DNA of 63,764 bases, filler included, from Octopus bimaculoides (Eukaryota), in assembly GCF_001194135.2 (NCBI RefSeq). It is 6 parts of 6 records of this genome, joined end to end, with 100 filler letters (N's around TTAATTAATTAA, not from the genome) between each part and the next. Parts side by side here need not be neighbours in the genome. Positions count along the whole stretch, not along the records: positions 47,296 to 57,488 come from NW_026309475.1; positions 57,589 to 60,117 come from NC_068983.1; positions 60,218 to 62,032 come from NW_026394046.1; positions 62,133 to 63,764 come from NC_069003.1; 2 more parts are not named here. The stretch is one strand, 5' to 3'. Position numbers and translations under genes: made by a program. The notes beneath the pieces were generated by a model that was given only the letters and a program-made list of their open reading frames with translations, ran no database searches and was not told the origin of the DNA. Shown here one piece after another: positions 51,600-63,764 of this stretch (positions within the stretch are counted from its first letter, which is position 1; each line of letters opens with the position of its first letter).

Positions 51600-52010
51600 G
51601 TGGATGGATGGGGTAGGTGGAGATGTGGTGGCGGTGGTGGCGGTGGTGGTGTTGATGCTGGTGGCATTAGTGTTGGTGGTGGTGATGGTGATGGTGATGG
51701 TGGCTGCAGTGGTCGTTGTTGTGGTGTTGGTTGGAGTGGTTGCTATTGTTGTGGTGGTGGTGGTGGTGGTGGTGGTGGTTGTGATGGTTATGATGTAGGT
51801 GGTTGCAGTGGTGGTGGTTGCAGTGGTGGCCATGTTGGTTGTGGTGTGGTTGTTGTTGTTGTTGTGGTGGTGGTGGTTGCAGTGGTGGTGGTTGCAGTGG
51901 TGGTGGTTGCAGTGGCAGCCATGTTGGTTGTGGTGTACTTGTTGTTGTTGTTGTTGTGATGGTGGTGGTGTGGTGACGGTGGTGTTGGCAGTAGTGGTGG
52001 TGACGGTGTG
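51600..52010. repeat. (GGT)n/(GTT)n/(GCAGTGGTGGTGGTT) low-complexity tract
   Basis: Direct reading. Confidence 0.9.
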
Positions 52011-52479
52011 AGCAGTCAATCTATGACGACGGTAAAAAGTTGTCATCATATCTTTATTCCCCAGTTTAGCTGTAGAAATAACACAAACATATTACCATCC
52101 TCATCTTCTTAACATCCACTTCTTCATGCCTGCATGGGTCGGACAGAATTTATCAAAGAGGATTTTTCTCCCACTGGATGCCAATGTTGCTGCCCACCCA
52201 TCCTTGTTTCCAAGTAATGTAATATTTCCCCATGGGGGAAGGGACATGCTTTTCACTCAAGACTGGAGATGAAGGACACTGCTTGTATGACGGTGAGGCT
52301 TGTTTACAACTATCATACGATGCCAGGGTAACGAAACTGTAACACACACACACACCTCATCCACACACACATGTACCTCATGTACACATACACATATCTA
52401 TGCACTTCTCTATACACACATCCATGCACACACACACACACACACACCTATACACAGGGTTTTAGTCAAACAACTCGAC

Positions 52480-52810
52480 TCGAGGACTTTCTTTTTTTTT
52501 AAAGACTTGTACTTATTCTATCAGTCTCTTTTGCTGAACCGCTAGGTTATGGGGGACATAAACACACCAACATCAGTAGTCAAGCAGTGATGAGGGGGAC
52601 AAACACTGACGCAAAGATACACACACACACACACACACATACACACACATATGTACAACAACCTTCTTTCAGTTTCTGTCTACCAAATCCACTCACAAGG
52701 CTTTGGTAAGCCTGAAGCTATAGTAGAAGACACTTGCACCCAAGGTGTCATCCAGTGCGAATGAACTCAGAACCAAGTGGTTCGGAAGCAAGCTTCTTAC
52801 CACACAGCCT
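52480..52810 (-). mobile_element. SINE family C, diverged
   Basis: Alignment to other copies. Confidence 0.8.
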
Positions 52811-52857
52811 TATCTATGTATATGCATGTATGTGTGCGTGTATATATATATATTTTT

Positions 52858-53172
52858 TTTTCGAGCGAGATCATTGCCAGTGCCCCACCCTGGACTGGCT
52901 CTTGTGCAGGTGGCACATAAAATACACCATTTTGAGCGTGGCCGTTGCCAGTACCGCCTGACTGACTTTCGTGCAGGTGACACGTAAAAGCACCCACTAC
53001 ACTCTCTGAGTGGTTGGCATTAGGAAGGGCATCCAGCTGTAGAAACTCTGCCAAATCAGATTGGAGCCTGGTGTAGCCATCCGGTTTCACCAGTCCTCAG
53101 TCAAATCGTCCAACCCATGCTAGCATGGAAAGCGGACGTTAAACGATGATGAGGATGATGATGATGATGATG

Positions 53173-53175
<3 letters not shown>
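52858..53175 (+). mobile_element. RTE-related 3' end element (family D)
   Basis: GGTTGGCATTAGGAAGGGCATCCAGCTGTAGAAAC..GGACGTTAAACGATGATG. Confidence 0.88.
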
Positions 53176-53211
<36 letters not shown>

Positions 53212-53526
53212 CTGTTGTCCAGTAGTTTCAAAGATAAAAGAAGTTGATAAATTGACAGACATATAGTCGACTTTCAGCTTGAAAGTGTTCCATAAACATT
53301 CTCTCTAAAAATATATTAAATGGATTGTTAGAATAGTCTATGAAAGACCAGAAAGGAGAAGATAATGACATTTTCTAGAAGTCATAAAAAAACCTCTTAG
53401 ATACAAGCAAGATAATAAAACATACATTAGAAAAGAAAAATTACACTAAATGGAAACGGTAGTTACAGATAAGACAGCTAATCATAACTTACATATATGT
53501 ACATATGTACTTCTCTATGCGTACTC

Positions 53527-53573
<47 letters not shown>

Positions 53574-53934
53574 TACACACACATACAGTTATGCATAAAA
53601 ATATAGACATCAACACAACTCCAACTAAAACGTAAGGCTTTCTTTACCTATCGCTACTATTACACCACCACATACATTAATAGACCCACTAATCACTTCT
53701 CCTACATTTCGCACACCACGAACTCTGAACATACTCCTCAACATTCTGATGAGATCTGCCAAACCACTGGCTAGATTGAAACGTATGTAAATGACTATTG
53801 CATAACATACACAATGACTCACTACATAACCTCAACCTCCACAATGGCTCATTACATAACCTCCACGTAATAAAACAACGGCTAACTAGCCCAACAGTAT
53901 TGCTTTTTCTTGTATTTGTTGCTCTATTCTCCAC

Positions 53935-53981
<47 letters not shown>

Positions 53982-54024
53982 CCCATACTCATATACATAC
54001 ACATTTGTATGTATCAGTCTATCC

Positions 54025-54885
54025 TCATTGGTTTAACATCCATTTTTCCATGCTGGCATGGGTTGAACAGTTTGACAGGAACTGGCAAGCTGGAGGGCTG
54101 CATCAGGCTCCAGTTGTCTGTTGTGGCATGGCTTCTACAGCTGGATGCCCTTCCTGACGCCAACCACTTTACAGTGTACTGAGTGCTTTTTATATGGTGT
54201 CAGCAACACAGGTGTGTTTTTATGCGGTACTGGCACAGGTGGCTTTTATGTGGGACCAGCTCCTGTGTGGTTGCCAGAAGAGATTACTTGGTTACCCCAG
54301 TAGGGCAAGAAAGCAGGGTGGGGTATGACCATAAAGGATATGCCAGTATGTGTGGATGGTAATGATTTTACTTAGCTTTACATGTCTTCTCAAGCACAGC
54401 AAATTGTCAGAAGTCTTGGTTCCATGTCAATTCGTCTGTGAAGCTCAACCTCTAAAGATCACTGCTCACCACTCCACCCCATGTCTTCCTAAACATACAC
54501 AAACTCACACTCACCTACATACATAACAGACTTCTTTTAGTTTCTGTCAACCAAATCCTCTCACAAGGCTTTGGACAACCAAGGGCTATAGTAAAAACAC
54601 TTGTACAAGGCGCTATGCAGTGGGATTGAACCTGAAACCATGTGTTTGGGAAGCAAACCTCTTAACCACACAGCTACACCTCCTACACACACATATGTAA
54701 CATTCAAAATATGACCAAAAACACACCATCAAGCAATATATAGGCATGTCTGAAGGAAAATTTAAGGCTTGATGTCATAACCATGTCTGATTTTAACAAA
54801 CATCAAAGGAAGATACACAACAAAGCTGGCAAACTGTCTAACCCATACCAGCATGAAAAGCAGACGTTAAATGATGATGATGATG
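54025..54885 (-). mobile_element. Cluster of decayed RTE-tail and SINE C fragments
   Basis: Family D at 54025-54190, RTE ORF end at about 54350-54500, SINE C head at 54520-54685. Confidence 0.6.
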
Positions 54886-56152
54886 TACATGTTTATATAT
54901 AAAATTTAGACAACTTACATTGAGATATCAGAAGAATCTTTGAAATATTACACAGAAGATGTGTTTTTGATTAATATTCAAAAAGATGTTCCCAGCATTA
55001 AGGGTGAAGACAAACTCTTAAAACTGTTAGTAGTGGTAGTAGAAGTTTTTTTATCCACAAGTCGGCCTTGATCAAATATCTTCCAGCTATGGCCATCCCC
55101 TCTTTCAATGAGGGAGTTTATTTTTTGATAAAATTATTTGATGTCCACTTTTTTTTTTTTTTAAATAACCATCAAATTAAATAAGGTATGATTTAAGTGA
55201 GATTTTGCTGTTATTTCTAGCAAACCACGTAAGGTCTAAAGAGTTTCCATCAGAGGGTTAATTTCTCAATTTCAGGCTCCAAAAAACTTTGATTAATTAA
55301 TAAATCAAAGGCAAAGTTATTTTACTGAATTCATTATTTTCGAAATTAACTGAAACATAAGTTGAGTATTTTGACAGAAATATGGTAACGACAGGGTTAA
55401 TGTATAATCACACAAAAAGATAATTAAACATTAATTGAAGGTACACTTAGTAACAACTGAGTTTGAGTGAGATTTAGCTGTTGTTTCCAGCAAGTCATGT
55501 AACTCTATAGAGGTTCCCTAAACTGGTTAATTCTTCAGTTTCAGGCACCGAAAATCTCAACTGTAAAAACAAAAGAGTAAATAGACCTGGTAGAAGAATG
55601 GACATCGGAATCACCAATTAATGTTGTTGTTATTGTTTTTTAACCCTGGGTCAACTCTGACTGAGCAAACCTGTGATCAAAGATATTCCACTAAAGACAA
55701 TCCCTTATTTTAGAAGAACATAGGATGATATTGTTCAAGGTGGTCCTCCAAAATTTTTGGGGTGTGTGTTTTTTTAAGTCGCTGAGATGTGTTTGGATAG
55801 AATTCGGCTGTTGTTTCTAGCAGATTGAATGACTTCATAGGAACCTCCTCTCCTTCAACGTGGACTGTGGTATTTGGTTTTTTGTAATGAGAATGTCCAG
55901 CAGGCCATCTGGTGTAATTGGCAACGCTGTGGCCTGGCAAGTGGTCAAAGCAAGAGAGAGAAGCACCAGTGATGTGTGGAAGGTATTTATCGGGACAGGT
56001 GCCAACTATGTATGGAGCTTACAAATTTAGAAGCTAAGGAGACACTGCAACAGTTTATGAGAAGGCAGAGGGGGGAGAGAGACACACAGACAGACAGACA
56101 GAGAAGACACTGGCTATGAGTGAATCAATAGAAATAAGTGTGTATATATGTG

Positions 56153-56478
56153 AAGGTGCATAGCTTAGTGGTTAGGGGTATCTCGCTCATGGTTGTAAAG
56201 TTGTGAGCTCAATTCCTTGTGCCACATTGTATCCTTGAGCAAGATTTTTCATTTCACCTTTCTCCAGTCCACTCAGTTGGCAAAACTGAGTTATACTTGT
56301 GATTCAAAAGAGCCAGCGTTGTCACATTCACTGCCATGGTGAATATCCCTGAGAACTACGTTAAAGGTACATGTGTCTGTGGAACGCTCAGCCATTTGCA
56401 CATTAATTCCATAAGCAGGCTGTTCCTTGATTAGATTAACTGGAACCCTCATTGATGCAACCGACAGAGTGCCATCAA
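56153..56478 (+). mobile_element. CORE-like tRNA SINE
   Basis: Homologous to 18018-18345. Confidence 0.8.
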
Positions 56479-57192
56479 ATCAACGTTGCCTGTATAAGTG
56501 CGCAACGGCCCAGTGGTTTAGGGCAGCGGACTCGCGGTCATAGGATCGCGGTTTCGATTCCCAGACCGGGCGTTGTGAGTGTTTATTGAGCGAAAATAAT
56601 ATATATACCTTTGGAAAAAGCAAGAAAGAGAACTGATGTACAAAACAGCAAAAAAAATATAGCCATGATAATTATGAGCTCAATTATAATAGGTCGTTAA
56701 ACTCCAATATTTTGCAGGTAAATCCAGGTGAAAAAAAAAAACACTTTCAAGAACACACATAATCTGTTAAAACCATCCTCAAGAACAACATATGTTTAGA
56801 ATAAAAAGCAGAAAAGTAGGCATTTCCCAAATAGTTCATAATTCAATTACATTCAACAAGCTGTTTCTAATTCCGTAATGACATAATTAGGAACATAATT
56901 AATTTGAATTAATTTCAAGCTATGTTTTATCCCAAACCATCAAGAAAATTATGATCATAATAACATTACAGACGATTTGGAGAAAAAAAATTGCTTTAAA
57001 TTTATCATATATCTTAATGTTTCAATTATGGAATTAATGATGTGTATTGATAATGAAACAGCTGTTGAACTTAATTAATTTATCAGCTAGTTGTGAAACT
57101 TATGCTTTTCTCCCTTTATTTCCTCTCACATACATAGTTTGTTTTCATTTCAAGTTTTACATATATACATACACACATATATATATATATAT

Positions 57193-57229
<37 letters not shown>

Positions 57230-57236
57230 AATACTA

Positions 57237-57478
57237 AGGCGGCGAGTTGGCAGAATCGTTAGCACACCGGGCGAAATGCTTAGCGGTATTTCGTCTGCCG
57301 CTACGTTCCGAGTTCAAATTCCGCCGAGGTCGACTTTGCCTTTCATCCTTTCGGGGTCGATTAAATAAGTACCAGTTACGAACTGGGATCGATATAATCG
57401 ACTTAATCCGTTTGTTTGTCCTTGTTTGTCCCCTCTATGTGTAGCTCCTTATGGGCAATAAAGAAATAAGTATTTCCT
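57237..57478 (+). mobile_element. SINE family B, young full-length copy
   Basis: GGCGGCGAGTTGGCAGAATCGTTAGCAC..AATAAAGAAATAAG. Confidence 0.92.
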
Positions 57479-60012
57479 CTGCCGCTACNNNNNNNNNNNN
57501 NNNNNNNNNNNNNNNNNNNNNNNNNNNNNNNNTTAATTAATTAANNNNNNNNNNNNNNNNNNNNNNNNNNNNNNNNNNNNNNNNNNNNTATATATATATA
57601 TATATATATATGTACATATATACATATATATACGCTTGAATTTATGTATGTATATGGGTGAAAACAATGAATTTAGGTTATGTACATACTTTTTCAGTGA
57701 GCAGAGTTTTTATATACTTTGCTAATATATTTTAAACTTTAAAAAAATCCTATTAAGCTAATCAATATATACAGATTACAAGACGCATCAGATGTAACAT
57801 TCCATCAACTGTATTATTCGAAGAGAGATGCCGCCTTCTTAACTGACATTTCAATTTTAGAGATAACAAAGTTCTGTATATCCATTCATCACAAGTTATC
57901 TCCTATGTCTAGTAAGTATTGTTGTGTTTCTTTTCTACTGTCAGATCGTGTTAATCTATTCAGAAGAAGATGATTGCGAGACAAAGCAGCACATGCATTT
58001 GTGCACACTGTTCCAAATAATGGTGTATCTATGCACAGACACACACACACACACACACACACACACTCGCACATGTATACATAAATACATATATATATAT
58101 ATTTATATAGCTATATATGTATATANNNNNNNNNNNNNNNNNNNNNNNNNNNNNNNNNNNNNNNNNNNNNNNNNNNNNNNNNNNNNNNNNNNNNNNNNNN
58201 NNNNNNNNNNAGCATATCACATTCTAAGAGAAAACCTAGAATTTGTTGCATCCTTATATATAAGTTAAATAAATATATCCAGCACATTAGTTGATCGATG
58301 GAATAGAATCATAGTGAACGATGAAAATAATTGGATAAAGCAAAAATATGGTAGTTATGAAATATATAGTAAGAGGGAGGAACATAACCCAATATTGAAT
58401 CATGATTGGATTCAATATTTGTGAGAGCGTGAATGATTATTTAATATAATTGCGAGAAAAATGTTATATTTAGTGTTGGAAACCTCCGAGGAAGTATTAA
58501 AATTAAGTATGAATACGATGAAATTTTAAAGGAGCTTGTTATAGAAAGAAACTCAGAATAATGTCGAGCACAAATTACAATGTATTTGTGGAGAGTTATT
58601 TATCAGGAAAAAGAAGCAAAAATAGCGAGTAGAAAAAAATATAATAGAAGTTACAATACAAGAAAGAATGAAGGCACCTTTAGCAAAAGCTCATAAAAAA
58701 AAGTACAGAACATGTAATCATCACCAAATCTTTTCGTGAATAACGTTATTTTAAATTAAAACAATTAGAAACGTAATTCTAAGATATAAAGCAATAAGTT
58801 TATCATTAAAAAGAAATAACTAGTGAAAGGAGGCACATAATATGAAAAACTAATCCGTTAATAGGTAGAACACATTATAAATGTGTTTTACTATATTATA
58901 GTTAAGGTAAATTATGCTGTGAAAAAATGCCAGAATGTTATAATACTGTGTGTTCATAGGTTAAGATATAAGACTGAAAAAGCAAGCATCGTGAAGAGAA
59001 AATTCGAATGTAGGAAAGTGATGTATAATGAATGGAAGGTATTTATTACAATATAACAGAAAAGTATGGAAAAAAAGAAACTGTTGTATTTATTAAATCA
59101 GCAAGATAATGCTTGAAAATTCTAACTAAGCAGAATGTATGTAAAACTTAAAATTGAAAACATTTTTAGGTTATTAGATGGGCATTAAAGATAAGAAATG
59201 AACAGTGAATATAATGGAACTGATAGCATAAATAGAAAAAAATAGAGGTATTGTAGACTTGAATGCAGTTAGTAGAAATATAATTGCTATACTTTTTAAG
59301 GTGTCTAATGTGTTAAATATGTAGAAATATAAACAGAAATATACACCTTCCCTACTAGTAATTATTGGGTACAAATATCTCTAAGCCATAACTGTATCCA
59401 TCTGCTCACTTCGTTGGCATACAAACAGAACATATACACAGAAAAAAAACATATGGAATGCAAATTTAATATACTTACACACAGGTACACAGCATGTAAT
59501 CATACATCACGAATTTTACAAATATACAATTCCAGAAAGTGTCATACATAATATCAACAAAGTAGTCTCGAAGAGTAAAATGGCATTGAAAATTTGAATA
59601 TCCTTAATTTGGTATCTTTTTCTTTTTACGTAGGACCAGAAATATAACTTACAATGAATTATTTTGAGAATTCTGCAAATCCATTTAAGATCAAAGCCAT
59701 ACATTTTTGCTTAATATCTAACATAATGAAATTTTGTAGATGTAAGTAATATTTCAGAGATGTCTTTATAAGACATTTTGTTTTCCTTTTTGCTTCGGTT
59801 ATAAATCTAATATTTTCTTACAAAAACTAATGTGTTAACTTGTAAATTTTGCTATTTTGTTGTAGGCATCACTTTTTTGGCAGCCTGTGAAGAATTCTAT
59901 CTTTTTTCTTTACATTTTGTTTTAATATTTTTTTAATATTCTAAACTCAGTCGTTCTCAAAATTGTTATTGCTATCAAAACGCTCGAATTGCATTCATAT
60001 TATTAAGATTCC

Positions 60013-60043
<31 letters not shown>

Positions 60044-60117
60044 CTTCTTCTTCTTCTTCTTCTTCTTCTTCTTCTTCTTCTTCTTCTTCTTCTTCTTCTT
60101 CTTCTTCTTCTTCTTCT
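60013..60117. repeat. (CTT)n microsatellite
   Basis: Direct reading. Confidence 0.95.
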
Positions 60118-60898
60118 NNNNNNNNNNNNNNNNNNNNNNNNNNNNNNNNNNNNNNNNNNNNTTAATTAATTAANNNNNNNNNNNNNNNNNNNNNNNNNNN
60201 NNNNNNNNNNNNNNNNNATGACCGCGAGTCCGCTGCCCTAACCACTGGGCCATTGCACCTCCTGTAAGACATTAACCATAGCTAAATAAGTTATCTTTGA
60301 AATAACACAAATTTATTAGAGGTTAATTTTGAGGTTTTATTCCTCATTTTTTTCCTTCAGGATTTAATCATGAGGAAAGTGGACATTGTTGATAACTTTG
60401 CAAACTTTCTCAATTTAGCAAGTGAAGTTGACATGGTTGATATTCAGTCTGAACATCAGCAGGAAAAAAGTAGGCAGAACTAATGGTCTAAGAAAGATGA
60501 TTTGGATGTAGTGGTTAGCTTAGTGTTTGTTTCCAAAAAAACTATCTTAATATGTCTATAACAAAAGTTTTAAAATATTAAACAATAAACCCGACCCTTC
60601 TCTTTCTATCATACTTCAAAAACTCTCAACACTTCATTTTAAAAGACTACCCTATCTGTTCTCTCTGTCTGTCCAGAGACCTCTGTAGTTTTGCAATTTG
60701 CAAGGCAATCACACTCATGCTTATGCCTTGTATAAAGCACTCAGTGCACTCAGCAATGTGGCTGACACTAGGAAAGTCATCCAGCTATAGAAGCCATACC
60801 AAAACTGAGAGACTGGAGCAAGATGTGGCCCCCTGATCCATTGGATAATTAATAAAGTGCTAATCACTTAGAGTATGCAAATTAATGGCAGACATACA

Positions 60899-61405
60899 TA
60901 TCATCATCATCATCGTTTAACGTCTGCTTTCCATGCTAGCATGGGTTGGACGGTTTGACCGAGGACTGGTGAACCAGGAAGCGACACCAGGCTCCAATCT
61001 GATTTGGCAGAGTTTCTACAGCTGGATGTCCTTCCTAACGCCAACCACTCACAGAGTGTAGTGGGTGCTTTTACGTGCCACCGGCACGAAGGCCAGTCAG
61101 GCGGTACTGGCGATGGCCACCCTCGAAATGGTGTATTTTACGTGCCACCTGCACAGGAGCCAGTCCATCGGCACTGGCAACGATCTTGCTCGAATGTCTT
61201 TTCACGTGCCAGTGGCACAAGTGCGAGGGAGGCGACAACGTTGGTAACAATCAACAGCCATGTTTGAAATGGTGTATTTTAAACGTGTCACCTGCATAGC
61301 AGCCAGTCCATCGGCACTGGCAATGATCTCGCTCGAATGTCTTTTCATGTGCCACCGGCACAAGTGCCAGGAAGGTGACGTTGGTAACGATCACGCTGGT
61401 GCTGT
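60899..61405 (-). mobile_element. Family D element with internal tandem duplication of about 137 bp
   Basis: 61131-61270 repeated at 61271-61402. Confidence 0.85.
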
Positions 61406-61515
61406 ATGTATGTATGTATGTATGTATGTATGCACGTATGTATGTGTGTATGTATGTATGTATGCACATATGTATGTGTGTATGTATGTATGTATGCATG
61501 TATGTATATATATGA

Positions 61516-61803
61516 GCGTGGCCGTTGCCAGTACCGCCTGACTGGCCTTTGTGCCAGTGGCACATAAAAGCACCCACTACACTCTCGNNNNNNNNNNAGT
61601 ACCGCCTGACTGGCCTTTGTGCCAGTGGCACATAAAAGCACCCACTACACTCTCGGAGTGGTTGGCGTTAGGAAGGGCATCCAGCTGTAGAAACTCTGCC
61701 AAATCAAATTGGAGCCTGGTGCAGCCTTCTGGCTTGCCAGTCCTCAGTCAAATCATCCAACCCATGCTAGCATGGAAAGCGGTTGTTAAACGATGATGAT
61801 GAT
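61516..61803 (+). mobile_element. Family D element (inverted relative to 60899-61405)
   Basis: Alignment; contains a 10-N gap with a 58-bp assembly overlap. Confidence 0.85.
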
Positions 61804-61851
61804 ATATATATACATATATATATATATACATATATACATATATACATATAC

Positions 61852-61902
<51 letters not shown>

Positions 61903-62324
61903 CATTTGGCATGGAACCGATTGGGGAGATCAGCTATGCAGAATATATAATACTGTACACTTTGAATAATATATACATACGCATGTATGTATGTATGTAT
62001 GCATGTATGTGTGTGTGTGTGTGTATATATATNNNNNNNNNNNNNNNNNNNNNNNNNNNNNNNNNNNNNNNNNNNNTTAATTAATTAANNNNNNNNNNNN
62101 NNNNNNNNNNNNNNNNNNNNNNNNNNNNNNNNAATTGCTGTAAACTAAAATTTTAAACGTAATATGTAGAACTAAGCATTTATATGAAATATATCGCGTG
62201 TAAAAACGGTGTAAATAAAAAATTATGGAATAATGAGATAGGAATATGTATTTAAACCGTTAAGATGACATAACGTATTTTAGATTTGAGAATAAGAAAA
62301 AAAAAATAACTGTAGTTTGTCCCC

Positions 62325-62520
62325 CCCCCCAACATTGCTTCACAACCGATGCTGGTGTGTTTACGTCCCCGTAACTTAGCGGTTCGGCAAAAGAGATCAA
62401 TAGAATAAGTACTAGGCTTACAAAGAATAAGTCCTGGGGTTAATTTGCTCGACTAAAGGCGGTGCTCCAGCATGGCCACAGTCAAATGACTGAAACAAGT
62501 AAAAGAGTAAAGAGAGTAGT
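62325..62520 (+). mobile_element. SINE family C, 3' half
   Basis: Alignment. Confidence 0.85.
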
Positions 62521-62591
62521 ATATCATTTACTTGAAAATTCTAACGTCTAAATAACTTAAATCTAGGTAGAGTATCTATCACATGTATTTC

Positions 62592-62710
62592 ATTTTTACA
62601 AGAAAAGGGTTGATAATGACTTCGAAGTTTCAGCCAGTTGCTTTCGTCAGACTAACGATGGCGCGTGGCCCGAAACTTGAACTCACTATCAACCTTTTCC
62701 TTTCAAAAAT
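62592..62710. ncRNA. Head-to-head pair of minimal hammerhead motifs (minus copy near-intact, plus copy decayed)
   Basis: Minus 62654-62614: TAGT CTGACGA A AGC-AACTG-GCT GAAA C TTCGAA G T C ATTA; plus from 62652: CTAACGA..GCCC GAAA CTTGAACTC ACTATCAACC. Confidence 0.7.
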
Positions 62711-62994
62711 TATATGTGCGCATGTATGGGTATGCCTAGATGCACGTGTGTATGTGAGTATATATTTTTTGCTGTCAAAATGTTGGTACAGTACATGGAT
62801 GACTAAGCATTTTGTTGGTATTATTAATGCCTATTGTGTATCCTGAGTGTTGGCACTCGAAACCGCGATCCTATGACCGCGAGTCCGCTGCCCTAACCAC
62901 TGGGCCATTGCGTCTCCACTGTATCCTGAGTATATAATCATTATGCAACATCTGCGGGGGGTTTAGCATCTTTTAAAATATTAATAAAGCCTTC

Positions 62995-63205
62995 AGGGCG
63001 GTGAGATGGCAGAATCATTTGCAAGACAGGCAAAATGCTTAGCAGCATTTCGTCTGCATTTACGTTCTGAGTTCAAATTTCACCGATGTCAACTTTGCCT
63101 TCCATCCTTTCGGAGTCCATAAAATAAGTACCAGCTGAACATAGGTGGATGTAATTGACTTATCTCTCCCTTGAAATTACAGGCCTTGTGCCAAAATTTG
63201 ATATC
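62995..63205 (+). mobile_element. SINE family B
   Basis: Alignment. Confidence 0.85.
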
Positions 63206-63467
63206 AATATTAATAAAGCCTATTGTGTATCCTTAGTATTTTCTCACGGCACGTGTCTGATATATCTTCATCATGGTTGTCTTTTAGCATCCTATTTCCA
63301 TGTTTACCCGGGTCAGACGAAATTTATTGAGGCAGATTTTCTACAGTCGGATGCTCGTCCTGTTGGCAACCTTCACCTGTTTCTGGGCAAGATGATATTT
63401 CCCCATGGCTCAACAGTTTTTCACTAAGGGCTGGAAATAAACAACTTCACTTGTATAACAGTGATGC

Positions 63468-63514
<47 letters not shown>

Positions 63515-63764
63515 CTATGGACAGACGGTAGACGTGTCGGCTCCGTAAGTTTTGCCTTTTTTATGTTTTAAAAAGTTTGTTTGTAAAGTTTATTTTATAT
63601 AGAAAGTTGTATAACAACTTATAGACTCTCTGGTGCAAGTTTTTTGCAACGGAAATCTGCCCTGTGAGGCACATTTCCAGGTTTTAAAAATCAATTTCGG
63701 CTTTCTAGCCATTTTTATTTTGAGACGATGGCGTCTTATAGCCATGAAAAATTTCGTCAAACGA

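Noticed and set aside
61530-61655. 58-bp perfect direct repeat across a 10-N gap (similar case around 29246-29255)
   Set aside because: Unmerged contig overlap

Overview
AT-rich, repeat-dense, largely non-coding animal genomic DNA from a draft assembly (about 20 N-gaps, five with an artificial TTAATTAATTAA spacer). The tRNA-derived SINE families, RTE/R4/CR1 LINE relics, mariner relics and dense microsatellites look like an Octopus genome (recognition, not a database result). Almost all ORFs in the track are microsatellite, gap or antisense-TE artefacts. Only one plausible host coding exon was found (3615-3814, minus strand, a Tyr-motif tail following a basic stretch). The main signal is RNA-level: about ten type I hammerhead-ribozyme (HHR) motifs, intact to decayed, from roughly six unrelated sequence families, several with the palindromic stem III typical of Penelope-like elements (PLEs). 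Three loci are head-to-head fold-backs with one hammerhead per arm. The best is a 418-bp palindrome at 39903-40320 (9 mismatches in 205 bp) with an intact core on each strand, nested in a SINE. One HHR module is also joined to a tRNA-like Pol III head (45950-46090). Ribozyme activity and element identities are inferred from hand folding and need testing.
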